Positions 20,580-29,534 of a DNA stretch of 32,000 bases are shown piece after piece. Under the pieces are notes generated by a model that worked only from the letters and a program-made list of their open reading frames with translations, was not told the origin of the DNA and did not search any database. The DNA is from Pseudothioglobus sp. nBUS_23 (GTDB lineage: Bacteria; Pseudomonadota; Gammaproteobacteria; PS1; Pseudothioglobaceae): positions 1,440,001 to 1,472,000 of the forward strand of contig NZ_CP179200.1 of assembly GCF_051201565.1 (NCBI RefSeq). The letters are read 5' to 3'. Numbering within the stretch: position 1 is the stretch's first letter; each line of letters opens with the position of its first letter. The translations under genes and the position numbers were made by a program.

Positions 20580-22007
20580 TTAAACTTGATCCATGATATA
20601 TTGAGTCAACAGAGGCACAGGTCTTCCAGTAGCTCCTTTTTTTGAACCTCCAAGCCATGCAGTCCCAGCAATATCAATATGTGCCCAAGAGTATTTTTTA
20701 GTATAACGCGCTAGAAAGCATGCTGCTGTTACTGTTCCAGCCTCTCTACCCCCAATATTTGCCATGTCAGCAAAATTTGATTTAAGTAAGTCATCATATT
20801 CCTCATCGAGAGGAAGTTGCCAAACAGTGTCTTGAGCAGATTCACCTGAAACTTTTAAGGCATCTACAAGGCTTTGATCATTTGACATTACTCCAGAATG
20901 GTGTTTACCTAAAGCTATAATAACTGCCCCAGTTAATGTTGCAATATCAATGACAGTTTTTGGTTTATATTTTTCACAATAAGTTAGGGCATCACACAGT
21001 ATAAGTCTGCCTTCGGCATCTGTATTAAGGATTTCAATGGTTTGCCCAGACATGCTTTTGACTACATCACCCGGTCTCGATGCATTATGAGCAGGCATAT
21101 TTTCTACTGCAGGAACCACTACTACTAAATTCACTTTAAGATTCATTTCAGCAATTGCCCTCATACTGCCTAGAACCGAAGCTGCTCCGCACATATCGTA
21201 TTTCATTTCATCCATTCCAGAACCAGGCTTCAAAGAAATACCGCCGCTATCAAAAGTTACTCCCTTTCCAACCAAAACAATTGGGGCCGCATTTCCATTA
21301 TTTGAATATTTCAAACTGATTAGCTTTGCAGGCTGAGATGAGCCTCTAGAAACTGATAGCAGGGAATTCATTCCAAGAGATTCCATTTCAGACTCTTCTA
21401 AAATCTCACATTCTAAATCATAATTTTTTGCAAGTGATTGAGCAGCATCAGCAATGTAGGTTGGAGTGCAAATGTTTGGGGGTAAGTCACCTAACTCTCT
21501 TGTCAGTGCCATTCCATTTGCAATGGCTACTCCTTTTTGAATTTCATTCGCACCATTATTTTTTGAGTAAAGATTAACCGCCTCAAGGACAATATCGCTT
21601 GGCTCTTCTTTGACACCGACTTTGTTAACTTTATAGCTTTCATTTTTGAGCACTCTTGCAGTTGAAGCTTGAATCCAAGCTTCATTAGCGTCCTCAACCT
21701 CTATCAAAGGGATCACAACATTTTTAACTTTTGAGCTACTCATTGCCGATGAGAGTGACTTTAGTACCTTAATGAAATTCTTCTTAGTTAAGGGTGACTC
21801 TCCAAGACCAACAACAAGTACTCTTTTTGACTTATAACCTTCAACTTTTCCAAGCATCAAAGTGCTGGCTAATTTTGGCTCAAATCGGTGAAGATCCAAA
21901 TACGTCTGAATAATTCTATTATCATTTGATTTGTCCTTTGAGGCAAAGGCAACTGAGCAGTCTCCGCTGTAATGATCAACAGCTTGATGAGTGACAAAAA
22001 ACTCCAT
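20580..22007 (-). CDS. pepA: Leucyl aminopeptidase (M17)
   Basis: VGKGVTFDSGG, MKYDMCGAA and NTDAEGRL metal-site motifs. The ATG at 22007 gives MEFFVT, compared with MEFSVK in E. coli PepA. The ORF-track start at 22019 is a TTG. Confidence 0.93.
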   Translation of the reverse strand: MEFFVTHQAVDHYSGDCSVAFASKDKSNDNRIIQTYLDLHRFEPKLASTLMLGKVEGYKSKRVLVVGLGESPLTKKNFIKVLKSLSSAMSSSKVKNVVIPLIEVEDANEAWIQASTARVLKNESYKVNKVGVKEEPSDIVLEAVNLYSKNNGANEIQKGVAIANGMALTRELGDLPPNICTPTYIADAAQSLAKNYDLECEILEESEMESLGMNSLLSVSRGSSQPAKLISLKYSNNGNAAPIVLVGKGVTFDSGGISLKPGSGMDEMKYDMCGAASVLGSMRAIAEMNLKVNLVVVVPAVENMPAHNASRPGDVVKSMSGQTIEILNTDAEGRLILCDALTYCEKYKPKTVIDIATLTGAVIIALGKHHSGVMSNDQSLVDALKVSGESAQDTVWQLPLDEEYDDLLKSNFADMANIGGREAGTVTAACFLARYTKKYSWAHIDIAGTAWLGGSKKGATGRPVPLLTQYIMDQV

Positions 22008-22085
22008 ATCTACTTCCAAAAATTATAATCTCGATATTCTACCAAAAAACTGTAAAATTTACTCCTTTAATCATGAGTTTCTAAT

Positions 22086-22805
22086 ATGAAAAAGTTTCTC
22101 GCAATCACTTTATTATTAATATCTAACTATGCATTGGCAGATGTAAGTATTGTTGTTAATAAATTAAAACCTTTCTTTCCTGAAATTCAAGCAGAGAACA
22201 TTAGTCCCTCTCAATTAGATGGTTACTACGAGGTCATTCTTACTGATCCTTTCATTGATGTTATTTATATATCAACTGATGGCAAATACGTAATTCAGGG
22301 AGCAGTAACTGATCTTGAGCTAATGACTAATATCTCTACAAATCGAATTAGTGAAATAAAACTTGATATTCTAGAAAGTATTAGTGATAACGATAAGATT
22401 ATTTTTCGAGCTGAAGAAGAGAAATACGTCATTAATGTATTTACCGATGTTGATTGTCCTTATTGCGCTAAATTACATGCCAACATGAAACAAATGAATG
22501 GCCTTGGTATTACGGTAAAGTATTTAGCCTCTCCTCTAGAGCAGCTCCATCCAAACGCCCAAAGCGCTATGGAAAAAATTTGGTGCGCTGAAGATAAAGC
22601 TCTTGCTATACATAATTATAAGTCCAAAAGACAACTTCCTGATAGCCCGGAGTGTATAAACCCAGTTGCAGAACAACTCGCAATTTCAAAGCAGTTAGGT
22701 GTCAATGGAACACCATCAATATTTTTTGAAAATGGTACAAATTTACCTGGTTACCTGCCTCCAAACGATCTACTAAATAGAATTTTGCAGACAATTGCTC
22801 AATAA
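22086..22805 (+). CDS. dsbC: Periplasmic thiol:disulfide interchange protein, DsbC family
   Basis: 239 aa with a signal peptide (LLLISNYALA), an N-terminal dimerisation domain and a thioredoxin domain carrying CPYC. It could also be DsbG-like. Confidence 0.75.
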   Translation: MKKFLAITLLLISNYALADVSIVVNKLKPFFPEIQAENISPSQLDGYYEVILTDPFIDVIYISTDGKYVIQGAVTDLELMTNISTNRISEIKLDILESISDNDKIIFRAEEEKYVINVFTDVDCPYCAKLHANMKQMNGLGITVKYLASPLEQLHPNAQSAMEKIWCAEDKALAIHNYKSKRQLPDSPECINPVAEQLAISKQLGVNGTPSIFFENGTNLPGYLPPNDLLNRILQTIAQ

Positions 22806-24060
22806 AAATAGCGCCAGAGTTCTCGCACTTAAAGCTATTTGTTTAGTAGCTTTAGAGAAACGATCTTTATCTGATTCACTTTTCCCAACTTATGGCGATG
22901 ACTTATCATTTGCCAAATCTTTGGCATTTGGCTCAATTAGGTTTTATCATCACCTAAATGACATCATAACCCCTCGACTTAAAAAGCCGCTAGAAAAGAA
23001 AAATCTTGATCTTCATTGTTTGCTAGTACTCGGGGCATACCAAATAATTTACACTGACATCTCTAGACATGCTGCAATAAATGAAACAGTCGAAGTCACA
23101 AAGATAATTGATAAGCCATGGTCAACAGGTTTTATAAATGCAATTCTAAGGAGAGTTGAAAGAGATCAAAAATCGATTTTTGAATCAAAGCATTATTCTC
23201 ACCCAGCCTGGCTAGTAAAAAAAATCAAAAAAGACTACCCTGACAATTTTGAGAATATTTTTTTAGAAAACAACAGAAAAGCCCCTATGTCTATTAGAGT
23301 AAGCCCATCAATCAATAGGGATGAATTCCAAAAAGAACTTGGAGAGTTAGGCATTCTAAGTCAGGCATCTGATATTTCATCACAGGGATTAATCATTGAG
23401 GATGCAGTTAGTGTTCAAAAATTACCCAATTTTCAAAATGGTTCGTGCTATGTCCAGGATATCTCAGCTCAATTAGCTGGTTATCTGATTTCTCCAAAAA
23501 AAGGAGATTACATTCTTGATGCGTGTGCTGCTCCTGGAGGGAAAACAACGCATATTGCTGAACTATGTGAAGAGTCAGAAATTGTTGCATTAGATAGTGA
23601 TAAGGATAGACTTCAAAAGGTAGTTCAAAATATTAATCGACTACAGTTAAAAAATGTTACTGTTGTTCAGGGAGATGCTACCAATACAGATTGGTGGGAT
23701 AAGAAGCTCTTTGATAAAATTTTAATTGACGCCCCTTGCTCAGGAACTGGTGTCATCAGAAGACATCCAGATATCAAGCTGTTGAGAAAATTAAAAGATG
23801 TCAGTCACGCCACTAAAATTCAAGCCGAAATTTTAAAAAACTTATGGAGCCTTTTAAAGCCTGGCGGTCAGTTATTTTATGCAACTTGCTCAATCTTAAA
23901 AGATGAAAATGATCTTCAAATAAAAGCCTTTTTAGATAACTTTAAAGATGCCAAAAATATTGAAATTGAAATTCCTTGGGGTGAGGGACAAATTGGAAAA
24001 CAAAAGCTTCCAGAGCATAACTTTGATGGCTTTTATTACGCAAAACTTACAAAAAATTAG
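22795..24060 (+). CDS. rsmB: 16S rRNA (cytosine967-C5)-methyltransferase
   Basis: NusB-like N-domain, SAM site DACAAPGGKT, catalytic DAPCSGTGVIRRHPD and ATCS. The only in-frame initiator near the expected N-terminus is TTG at 22795, which overlaps the dsbC 3' end by 11 nt. Confidence 0.88.
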   Translation: MLNKNSARVLALKAICLVALEKRSLSDSLFPTYGDDLSFAKSLAFGSIRFYHHLNDIITPRLKKPLEKKNLDLHCLLVLGAYQIIYTDISRHAAINETVEVTKIIDKPWSTGFINAILRRVERDQKSIFESKHYSHPAWLVKKIKKDYPDNFENIFLENNRKAPMSIRVSPSINRDEFQKELGELGILSQASDISSQGLIIEDAVSVQKLPNFQNGSCYVQDISAQLAGYLISPKKGDYILDACAAPGGKTTHIAELCEESEIVALDSDKDRLQKVVQNINRLQLKNVTVVQGDATNTDWWDKKLFDKILIDAPCSGTGVIRRHPDIKLLRKLKDVSHATKIQAEILKNLWSLLKPGGQLFYATCSILKDENDLQIKAFLDNFKDAKNIEIEIPWGEGQIGKQKLPEHNFDGFYYAKLTKN

Positions 24061-24182
24061 TCTGATTATATTTTTAATAGTATTAATCAAAAGTATTAAA
24101 TAGAGAAATTATTATTAAATTAGAATATTGATTCATAGTGTTAAAATCAGATTATTTTTAGAATAAAACCCGACTACCTCTC

Positions 24183-26432
24183 ATGTCAAATTATGTAAGT
24201 ACACATTGGGGAACATATAAATTTTCGCTAGATGAAAATAAAAAAATAAAGTTGGACCATTGGGAATTAGATTCCTCGCCAACTGAGTTTGGACTAGGTT
24301 TGGCAGATGCTGCTGTAGATGAGCTGAGAATAAAACAACCTTTCGTTAGAAAAGGCTGGATAGATAATAACTGTAAAGGTGATGGAAATAGAGGACGCGA
24401 TGACTTTGTACCCATAAGTTGGGATGAAGCTTTTGAACTCGCATCCAAAGAATTACTAGAGACAAAAAAAGCATTTGGAAATTCTGCCATTTTTGCAGGT
24501 TCATACGGGTGGGCTAGTGCTGGCAGATTTCATCATGCTAAAAGTCAGGTCAACCGTTTTTTTAATTTATTTGGTGGCTTTAGTTCGTCATTCCAAAGCT
24601 ATTCCTATGCTGCAGCGCAAACTCTTTTACCTCACATAATTGGCTTAGATTTATACTCAACCTTAGATGAGCATACCTCTTGGGAGGCTTTATCTAAAGA
24701 ATGTGAATTAATTTTGATGTTTGGAGGTATGCCTTTAAAAAACTCTAAAGTCTCAGCTGGCGGAGTAGGCAAGCATGTAACAAAGCAAGGGATGACTAAA
24801 TGTAGTGAAAATGGAGTTGAGTTCATTAATATTAGTCCAATTCAAGACGATGCTCCATCATTCTTGAATGCAAAGCAAGTCCCTATAAGACCAAATACAG
24901 ATACTGCATTAATGTTAGCTCTTGCAAACATATTAATTAAAAATGAAACCTATAATAAAAGATTTATAAAAAAATACACGGTTGGGTTTGATAGTTTTGC
25001 AGACTATGTATTAGGTAAAAAAGATAATCCAGACTGTACTCCAGAATGGGCATCTCAAATTACTAATATTCCAGTTGATTCAATTAAAGAATTAGCAAAA
25101 AAAATAATCTCAAAAAAAACCATGATCTCCATATCTTGGAGTCTCCAAAGGGCATCAAGAGGAGAGCAGCCTTTGTGGATGGGTATCACGCTAGCTGCCA
25201 TGCTTGGACAAATAGGTACTGCTGGTGGTGGGTTTGGTTTTGGTTATTCTAGCGTCAATAGTACTGGTGATTCATATGACAAAATACCCTGGCAAAGCCT
25301 ACCTCAAGGAGTCAATCCAATTAAGAATTTTATTCCGGTTGCTAGAGTCACTGATATGCTGGAAAAGCCTGGAGAAGAGTTCCTTTATGATGGTCAGAAG
25401 TTAACTTATCCAGATATTAAATTAATATATTGGGCCGGAGGAAATCCTTTTCATCATCATCAAGATCTAAACCGACTGGTAAAGGCATGGCAGAAACCAA
25501 ACACAATTATTGTCAATGAAATCTGGTGGAACCCACAAGCTCTTCATGCTGACATTATTTTTCCTGCTAATACAGCTTTAGAAAGAAATGACCTTATGCT
25601 AAATCCTAGAGACCCAACAATAGTGGCCAATAAATCTGCTATGAATAGCTTTGAAAATTCCAAAACTGACTTTGAAATATTTTCTGGATTAGCAAAAAAA
25701 CTTGGTTTTTTAGAATCATTTACTGAAAATAAAAGCGAAATGGATTGGATAAAATTTATCTGGGATGAAAGTTCTAAAGCCTATGAAAAAACTTATAAAA
25801 ATAGTGATTTGAGTTTGCCTAGTTTTGAAGAGTTCTGGGAAAAAGGGTATTTTGAGGTTCCCACTCCAAAGATTGAAAAGATTATGTTTGATAAATTTAG
25901 AAAAAATCCATCAAGATTTCCTCTACAAACACCATCTGGAAAAATAGAAATCTCATCTGAAACAATTTCAAGCTTTCAACTAAGCGATTGTCATTCTCAC
26001 CCATATTGGTATGAACCATATGAATGGCTGGGTAATGTAGATGAATACCCTTTGCATTTAATTTCAAATCAACCAAAATATAGGCTACACAGCCAACTGG
26101 AAAATGCTGAAATGAGCCAAAAGAACAAGATACATGGAAAAGAGCCGGTAATGATTAACTCAAAAGATGCACTAGATAGAGATATCAAAAATGGTGATAT
26201 TGTTCTGTTATATAATGCTCGTGGAAGAGTTTTGGCAGGGGCAAGAATTTCTGACAATGTTATGCCAGGTGTGGTTGTTTTGTCGACTGGTGCTTGGTTT
26301 GATCCGGACTATGATTTAAATATTGAAAGACATGGGAATCCCAATGTGCTAACTAAAGATGTTGGAACCTCATCCTTAGGCCAAGGCCCAACTTGCCATA
26401 CAACTCTAGTTGAGTTGAAAAAAACAAATTAA
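24183..26432 (+). CDS. bisC: Cytoplasmic molybdopterin (bis-MGD) S-/N-oxide reductase, BisC family
   Basis: 749 aa. Blocks shared with E. coli BisC as I recall it: IFAGSYGW, YSYAAAQ (Ser Mo-ligand region), LAAMLGQIGT.GGGFG, IPVAR, WAGGNPFHHHQD, AWQKP, ERNDL, SGKIEI, RLHSQL and GNPNVLT. It has no twin-arginine signal and no N-terminal CxxCxxxC FeS motif. Confidence 0.8.
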   Translation: MSNYVSTHWGTYKFSLDENKKIKLDHWELDSSPTEFGLGLADAAVDELRIKQPFVRKGWIDNNCKGDGNRGRDDFVPISWDEAFELASKELLETKKAFGNSAIFAGSYGWASAGRFHHAKSQVNRFFNLFGGFSSSFQSYSYAAAQTLLPHIIGLDLYSTLDEHTSWEALSKECELILMFGGMPLKNSKVSAGGVGKHVTKQGMTKCSENGVEFINISPIQDDAPSFLNAKQVPIRPNTDTALMLALANILIKNETYNKRFIKKYTVGFDSFADYVLGKKDNPDCTPEWASQITNIPVDSIKELAKKIISKKTMISISWSLQRASRGEQPLWMGITLAAMLGQIGTAGGGFGFGYSSVNSTGDSYDKIPWQSLPQGVNPIKNFIPVARVTDMLEKPGEEFLYDGQKLTYPDIKLIYWAGGNPFHHHQDLNRLVKAWQKPNTIIVNEIWWNPQALHADIIFPANTALERNDLMLNPRDPTIVANKSAMNSFENSKTDFEIFSGLAKKLGFLESFTENKSEMDWIKFIWDESSKAYEKTYKNSDLSLPSFEEFWEKGYFEVPTPKIEKIMFDKFRKNPSRFPLQTPSGKIEISSETISSFQLSDCHSHPYWYEPYEWLGNVDEYPLHLISNQPKYRLHSQLENAEMSQKNKIHGKEPVMINSKDALDRDIKNGDIVLLYNARGRVLAGARISDNVMPGVVVLSTGAWFDPDYDLNIERHGNPNVLTKDVGTSSLGQGPTCHTTLVELKKTN

Positions 26433-26514
26433 TAAGTTATTTTAGGAAGATAAAAAATTATAAAATCCTAAAGCAATACCTTAGAGAAAATTTTATTTAA
26501 CTACAATTAAGGCA

Positions 26515-27291
26515 ATGGAAAATATTATAGAGTTTGAAAATGTTTCTAAATCTTTTGGTGACTTACAAGTTTTAAAGAATCTCAACCTAGAAGTTAAAGA
26601 TGGTGAAAAATTAGCACTTATAGGGCCAAGTGGTTCCGGCAAGACTACAATCTTGAGAATTTTGATGACTTTAGAGACAATCGATGATGGTTTTGTATCG
26701 GTCAACGATGAGTATTTATGGCATGAAAAGAGTGATGGAAAAATTATTCCTGCATCTGAAACACATTTACACAAAATGCGTGATCATATTGGAATGGTCT
26801 TTCAACAATTCAATTTATTTCCACATTTAACTGCCATTGAAAACGTACAGCAACCTCAAACTTTAATTAAGAAAAAAACTGATGCTGAGGCTAAAGAAAA
26901 AGCTGAAGAGTTGTTTAGTTTGGTTGGTCTAAGTGATAAAAAAGATCATTATCCGCACCAGCTATCGGGGGGCCAACAGCAGCGTGTAGCAATTGCTAGA
27001 GCGCTTGCAATGGATCCAAAGATTATGTTGTTTGATGAGGTAACATCAGCATTGGATCCAGAACTTGTAGATGAAGTTTTAACAGTGCTACGAAAACTTG
27101 CCTCTGACTCAGATACAACAATGCTCACTGTAACCCATGAAATGAATTTTGCCCAAGAATTTGCAGATAGAGTTTTATTTTTTGATGGTGGTCAGATTGT
27201 TGAGTCAGGCAAACCTGAGAGCCTTTTCTCGAATCCAAAAGAGAAAAGGACGAGGGAATTTCTTAAAAAGTTTATCAATAATATCAATTAA
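26515..27291 (+). CDS. Polar-solute ABC transporter ATP-binding protein (EhuA/HisP-like)
   Basis: 258 aa with Walker A GPSGSGKTT, signature LSGGQQQRV, Walker B MLFDE and an H-loop VTHE. It has the roughly 15-aa insertion before the Q-loop seen in the HisP/EhuA subgroup. Confidence 0.88.
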   Translation: MENIIEFENVSKSFGDLQVLKNLNLEVKDGEKLALIGPSGSGKTTILRILMTLETIDDGFVSVNDEYLWHEKSDGKIIPASETHLHKMRDHIGMVFQQFNLFPHLTAIENVQQPQTLIKKKTDAEAKEKAEELFSLVGLSDKKDHYPHQLSGGQQQRVAIARALAMDPKIMLFDEVTSALDPELVDEVLTVLRKLASDSDTTMLTVTHEMNFAQEFADRVLFFDGGQIVESGKPESLFSNPKEKRTREFLKKFINNIN

Positions 27292-27757
27292 TAGGAATAG
27301 ATAAATTCTCCTTTACTTTATTCATAACTACCATGGAGTTAAAGCGCTTGATGTTTGGATCTTTTAAGAAATATTTCTTTGTAAATTCTTCATAATCTCC
27401 CATTTCATTAAAGGTTGCTATCACAACGTAGTCATAATCACCTGTAACATAGTAACACTGCATAACCTCTGGTGCGCTCAACATTGATTTCTTGAACTCT
27501 TTATCATGTTCAGCGCCTTCTATGTCACTTAGTATTTGAACAATTATTGTAATTTTTCTGTTGAGTTTATTACGATTAAGTACAGAGACATCCCTCTCAA
27601 TAATGCAAGCTTTACGTAATGAATTTAATCTTCTTTGACAGGCCGAAGATGATAATCCTACTTCTCTAGCTAATTCTGCTGAAGTTACTCTGTTATTTAC
27701 TTGAACTGCATTAAGTATTTTGAAATCAAAGCTATCTAATTTATTGATGTTATTCAT
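27284..27757 (-). CDS. Lrp/AsnC-family transcriptional regulator
   Basis: 157 aa with an N-terminal HTH (FKILNAVQVNNRVTSAELAREVGLSSSACQRRL) and a C-terminal RAM/AsnC ligand domain. Its 3' end overlaps the ATPase gene's 3' end by 8 bp in convergent orientation. Confidence 0.88.
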   Translation of the reverse strand: MNNINKLDSFDFKILNAVQVNNRVTSAELAREVGLSSSACQRRLNSLRKACIIERDVSVLNRNKLNRKITIIVQILSDIEGAEHDKEFKKSMLSAPEVMQCYYVTGDYDYVVIATFNEMGDYEEFTKKYFLKDPNIKRFNSMVVMNKVKENLSIPIN

Positions 27758-27799
27758 AATGGCGAATTATCGCATAATTAAATTGAATAATTATTAATA

Positions 27800-27816
27800 T
27801 TGCATAATTTACGCAA
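27800..27816. promoter_or_regulatory. Candidate Lrp/AsnC operator: near-palindrome TTGCATAATTTACGCAA
   Basis: 14 of 17 positions are self-complementary (TTGCnTAAnTTAnGCAA). It lies in the 142-bp divergent region between the regulator and the binding-protein gene. A related GCATAATT copy lies at 27772-27779, next to GCGA-N4-TCGC at 27762-27773. Confidence 0.35.
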
Positions 27817-27899
27817 ATATATGTAAATTAAAAATAATTTTAGTCTTAATGATGGTGTTAAACTTTATTTTCCAAAACAATAATAAAAAGGAGAAAGAT

Positions 27900-28742
27900 A
27901 TGAAAAAAATAATTTCATTATTTACATGTTTTTTTATTGTATTGGGTTTTACGCAAGTTTCATATGCTGAATCTGATACTTTAAAAAGACTTAAGAAGCA
28001 AGGCTATGCAACAGTAGCTGTTGCTAATGAGCCACCTTACTCTGATATTAAGTCGGATGGATACGTGACTGGCGCTGCACCTGATGTTGCTCGCGCTGTT
28101 CTTAATGTCCTAGGGGTTCCAGACCTTAAAGCTGAAGTTATTATGTATGGTGCTATGATTCCAGCTCTTCAAGCAAGAAGAGTAGATATGGCTACTTCAG
28201 GTCTTTATATAAAGCCTGGCAGATGTGAGTCAATCATTTATTCTGAGCCTGATCTTTGTGGTGCTGAAGCTTTTGCAGTTCCAGCGGGCAATCCAAACAA
28301 TCTATTAACTTATGAAGATATTGCCGCTAATCCTTCATTAAAGATGACTACTTGTGCTGGTTGTGCTGAAGAAAAATACGCATTAGAGCGTGGTGTTAGC
28401 GCTGATCAAATTGTTTATTTTGATGCTCCTCCAAGTGGTATTAAGATGCTTCAACAAGGAAGAGTTGATGTATTTGCTCTATCAGGTTTAGGTACAGCAG
28501 ATCTACTGAATAAAACTAATGATCCAAATCTTGAATTGGTAATGCCTGTTACAGGCGTTCCAATGGGTTGTGCTGGTGCAGCATTTAACAAGGATGATTT
28601 AGAGTTTAGATCTGAATACAATATGGCTTTAGCTATGCTAAAAGCTACTGGTGAATTTGCGGCTATAATAGAACCTTATGGTTTCTCAGCAGAAGCAACT
28701 GCCAGTAAATCCTACTTGACGCAATGTCCAGATGGAATGTAA
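27900..28742 (+). CDS. Periplasmic substrate-binding protein of a polar-solute ABC importer (family 3 SBP; EhuB-like by size and gene order)
   Basis: The ATG at 27900 is preceded by AAAGGAG and gives MKKIISLFTCFFIVLGFTQVSYA (signal peptide), then the mature protein with an ANEPPYS motif. The 17 upstream codons in the ORF track are rejected. The ligand cannot be read from the sequence. Confidence 0.8.
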   Translation: MKKIISLFTCFFIVLGFTQVSYAESDTLKRLKKQGYATVAVANEPPYSDIKSDGYVTGAAPDVARAVLNVLGVPDLKAEVIMYGAMIPALQARRVDMATSGLYIKPGRCESIIYSEPDLCGAEAFAVPAGNPNNLLTYEDIAANPSLKMTTCAGCAEEKYALERGVSADQIVYFDAPPSGIKMLQQGRVDVFALSGLGTADLLNKTNDPNLELVMPVTGVPMGCAGAAFNKDDLEFRSEYNMALAMLKATGEFAAIIEPYGFSAEATASKSYLTQCPDGM

Positions 28743-28763
28743 ATTTATTTTATAATTTATCTT

Positions 28764-28800
28764 CCCTGTAATCTCTTCAGGGCAGGTTTATTTAGAATTT
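28764..28800 (+). terminator. Degenerate hairpin plus T-rich tail (decayed copy of the downstream terminator)
   Basis: CCCTG-N9-CAGGG followed by CAGGTTTATTTAGAATTT. The 3' half CAGGGCAGGTTT.TTTAGAATTT repeats almost exactly at 28835-28857. Confidence 0.35.
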
Positions 28801-28815
28801 ACTTAACAACCTAAT

Positions 28816-28850
28816 CTGCCCTGTAATTAATTACAGGGCAGGTTTTTTTT
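28816..28850 (+). terminator. Intrinsic (Rho-independent) terminator between the binding-protein and permease genes
   Basis: Perfect 26-nt palindrome CTGCCCTGTAATT/AATTACAGGGCAG (28816-28841), followed immediately by G plus T8. After AGAA, a second T9 run reaches the permease ATG at 28864. Confidence 0.75.
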
Positions 28851-28863
28851 AGAATTTTTTTTT

Positions 28864-29532
28864 ATGAATGAAGTCTTAAATTTCTACCCAATACTGATTG
28901 AAGGAACGATTACAACGATCCAATTAACAGTGCTAGGTGCTATTTTAGCTCTAGTTATTTCATTCATTGTAGGGCTAGCAAGAATCTCTAAATTCAAATC
29001 GGTTAGAGTGATTGCAATCATTTATCTGGAATTCTTTAGAGGCAGTTCAGCTCTTGTACAAATGTTCTTTATCTACTTTGTACTTCCAATGTGGGGTATA
29101 TATTTTGATGCTCTCACTGCTGGAGTTGTTGCTTGTGGACTAAATGTTGGAGCCTATGGATCCGAAGTAGTTAGAGGCGCGATACTAGCTGTTGGAAAAG
29201 AACAGCATGAGGCTTCACAAGCTTTAAATTATTCTGTTTTCAAGAAATATAGATATGTGATAATTCCTCAGGCTATTCCAATTATGATCCCTACATTTGG
29301 TAACCTTCTCATTGAGTTACTGAAGTTAACAGCAGTTGCATCTCTTATTACTATCTCTGATCTAACATTCATGGCTCAAATTATTAGAGTTCAGACTGCC
29401 CTTACTTTAGAGCCCTTTCTATTAATACTTGTCATATACTTTGTTATTGCCTCAATCCTGGTCAAGATGGTAGACCTGATTGCTAAAAAATTCTCTAAAG
29501 GCCGAAATATTATGACTGCAGGAGATAAGTAG
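28864..29532 (+). CDS. ABC transporter permease (polar amino-acid/ectoine type, EhuC/HisQ-like)
   Basis: 222 aa, about 5 TM segments, with the EAA-loop region EASQALNYSVFKKYRYVIIPQA. Confidence 0.88.
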   Translation: MNEVLNFYPILIEGTITTIQLTVLGAILALVISFIVGLARISKFKSVRVIAIIYLEFFRGSSALVQMFFIYFVLPMWGIYFDALTAGVVACGLNVGAYGSEVVRGAILAVGKEQHEASQALNYSVFKKYRYVIIPQAIPIMIPTFGNLLIELLKLTAVASLITISDLTFMAQIIRVQTALTLEPFLLILVIYFVIASILVKMVDLIAKKFSKGRNIMTAGDK

Positions 29533-29534
29533 TC

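Noticed and set aside
24061-24182. Possible Moco riboswitch or other leader RNA upstream of the molybdoenzyme gene, plus loose direct repeats (GATTAT..TTTTTA) at both ends of the spacer.
   Set aside because: The 122-bp spacer is almost pure A/T with no GC-supported stems. The repeats are short and imperfect, and such matches are expected by chance in AT-rich DNA. A covariance-model search with the Rfam Moco_RNA_motif would be decisive, and I cannot run it.
26441-26472. Hairpin TTTAGGA-N18-TCCTAAA after the bisC-like stop, considered as a terminator.
   Set aside because: It is a 7-bp AU-rich stem with an 18-nt loop and no following T-run. That is too weak to call, so co-transcription with the ATPase gene remains open.
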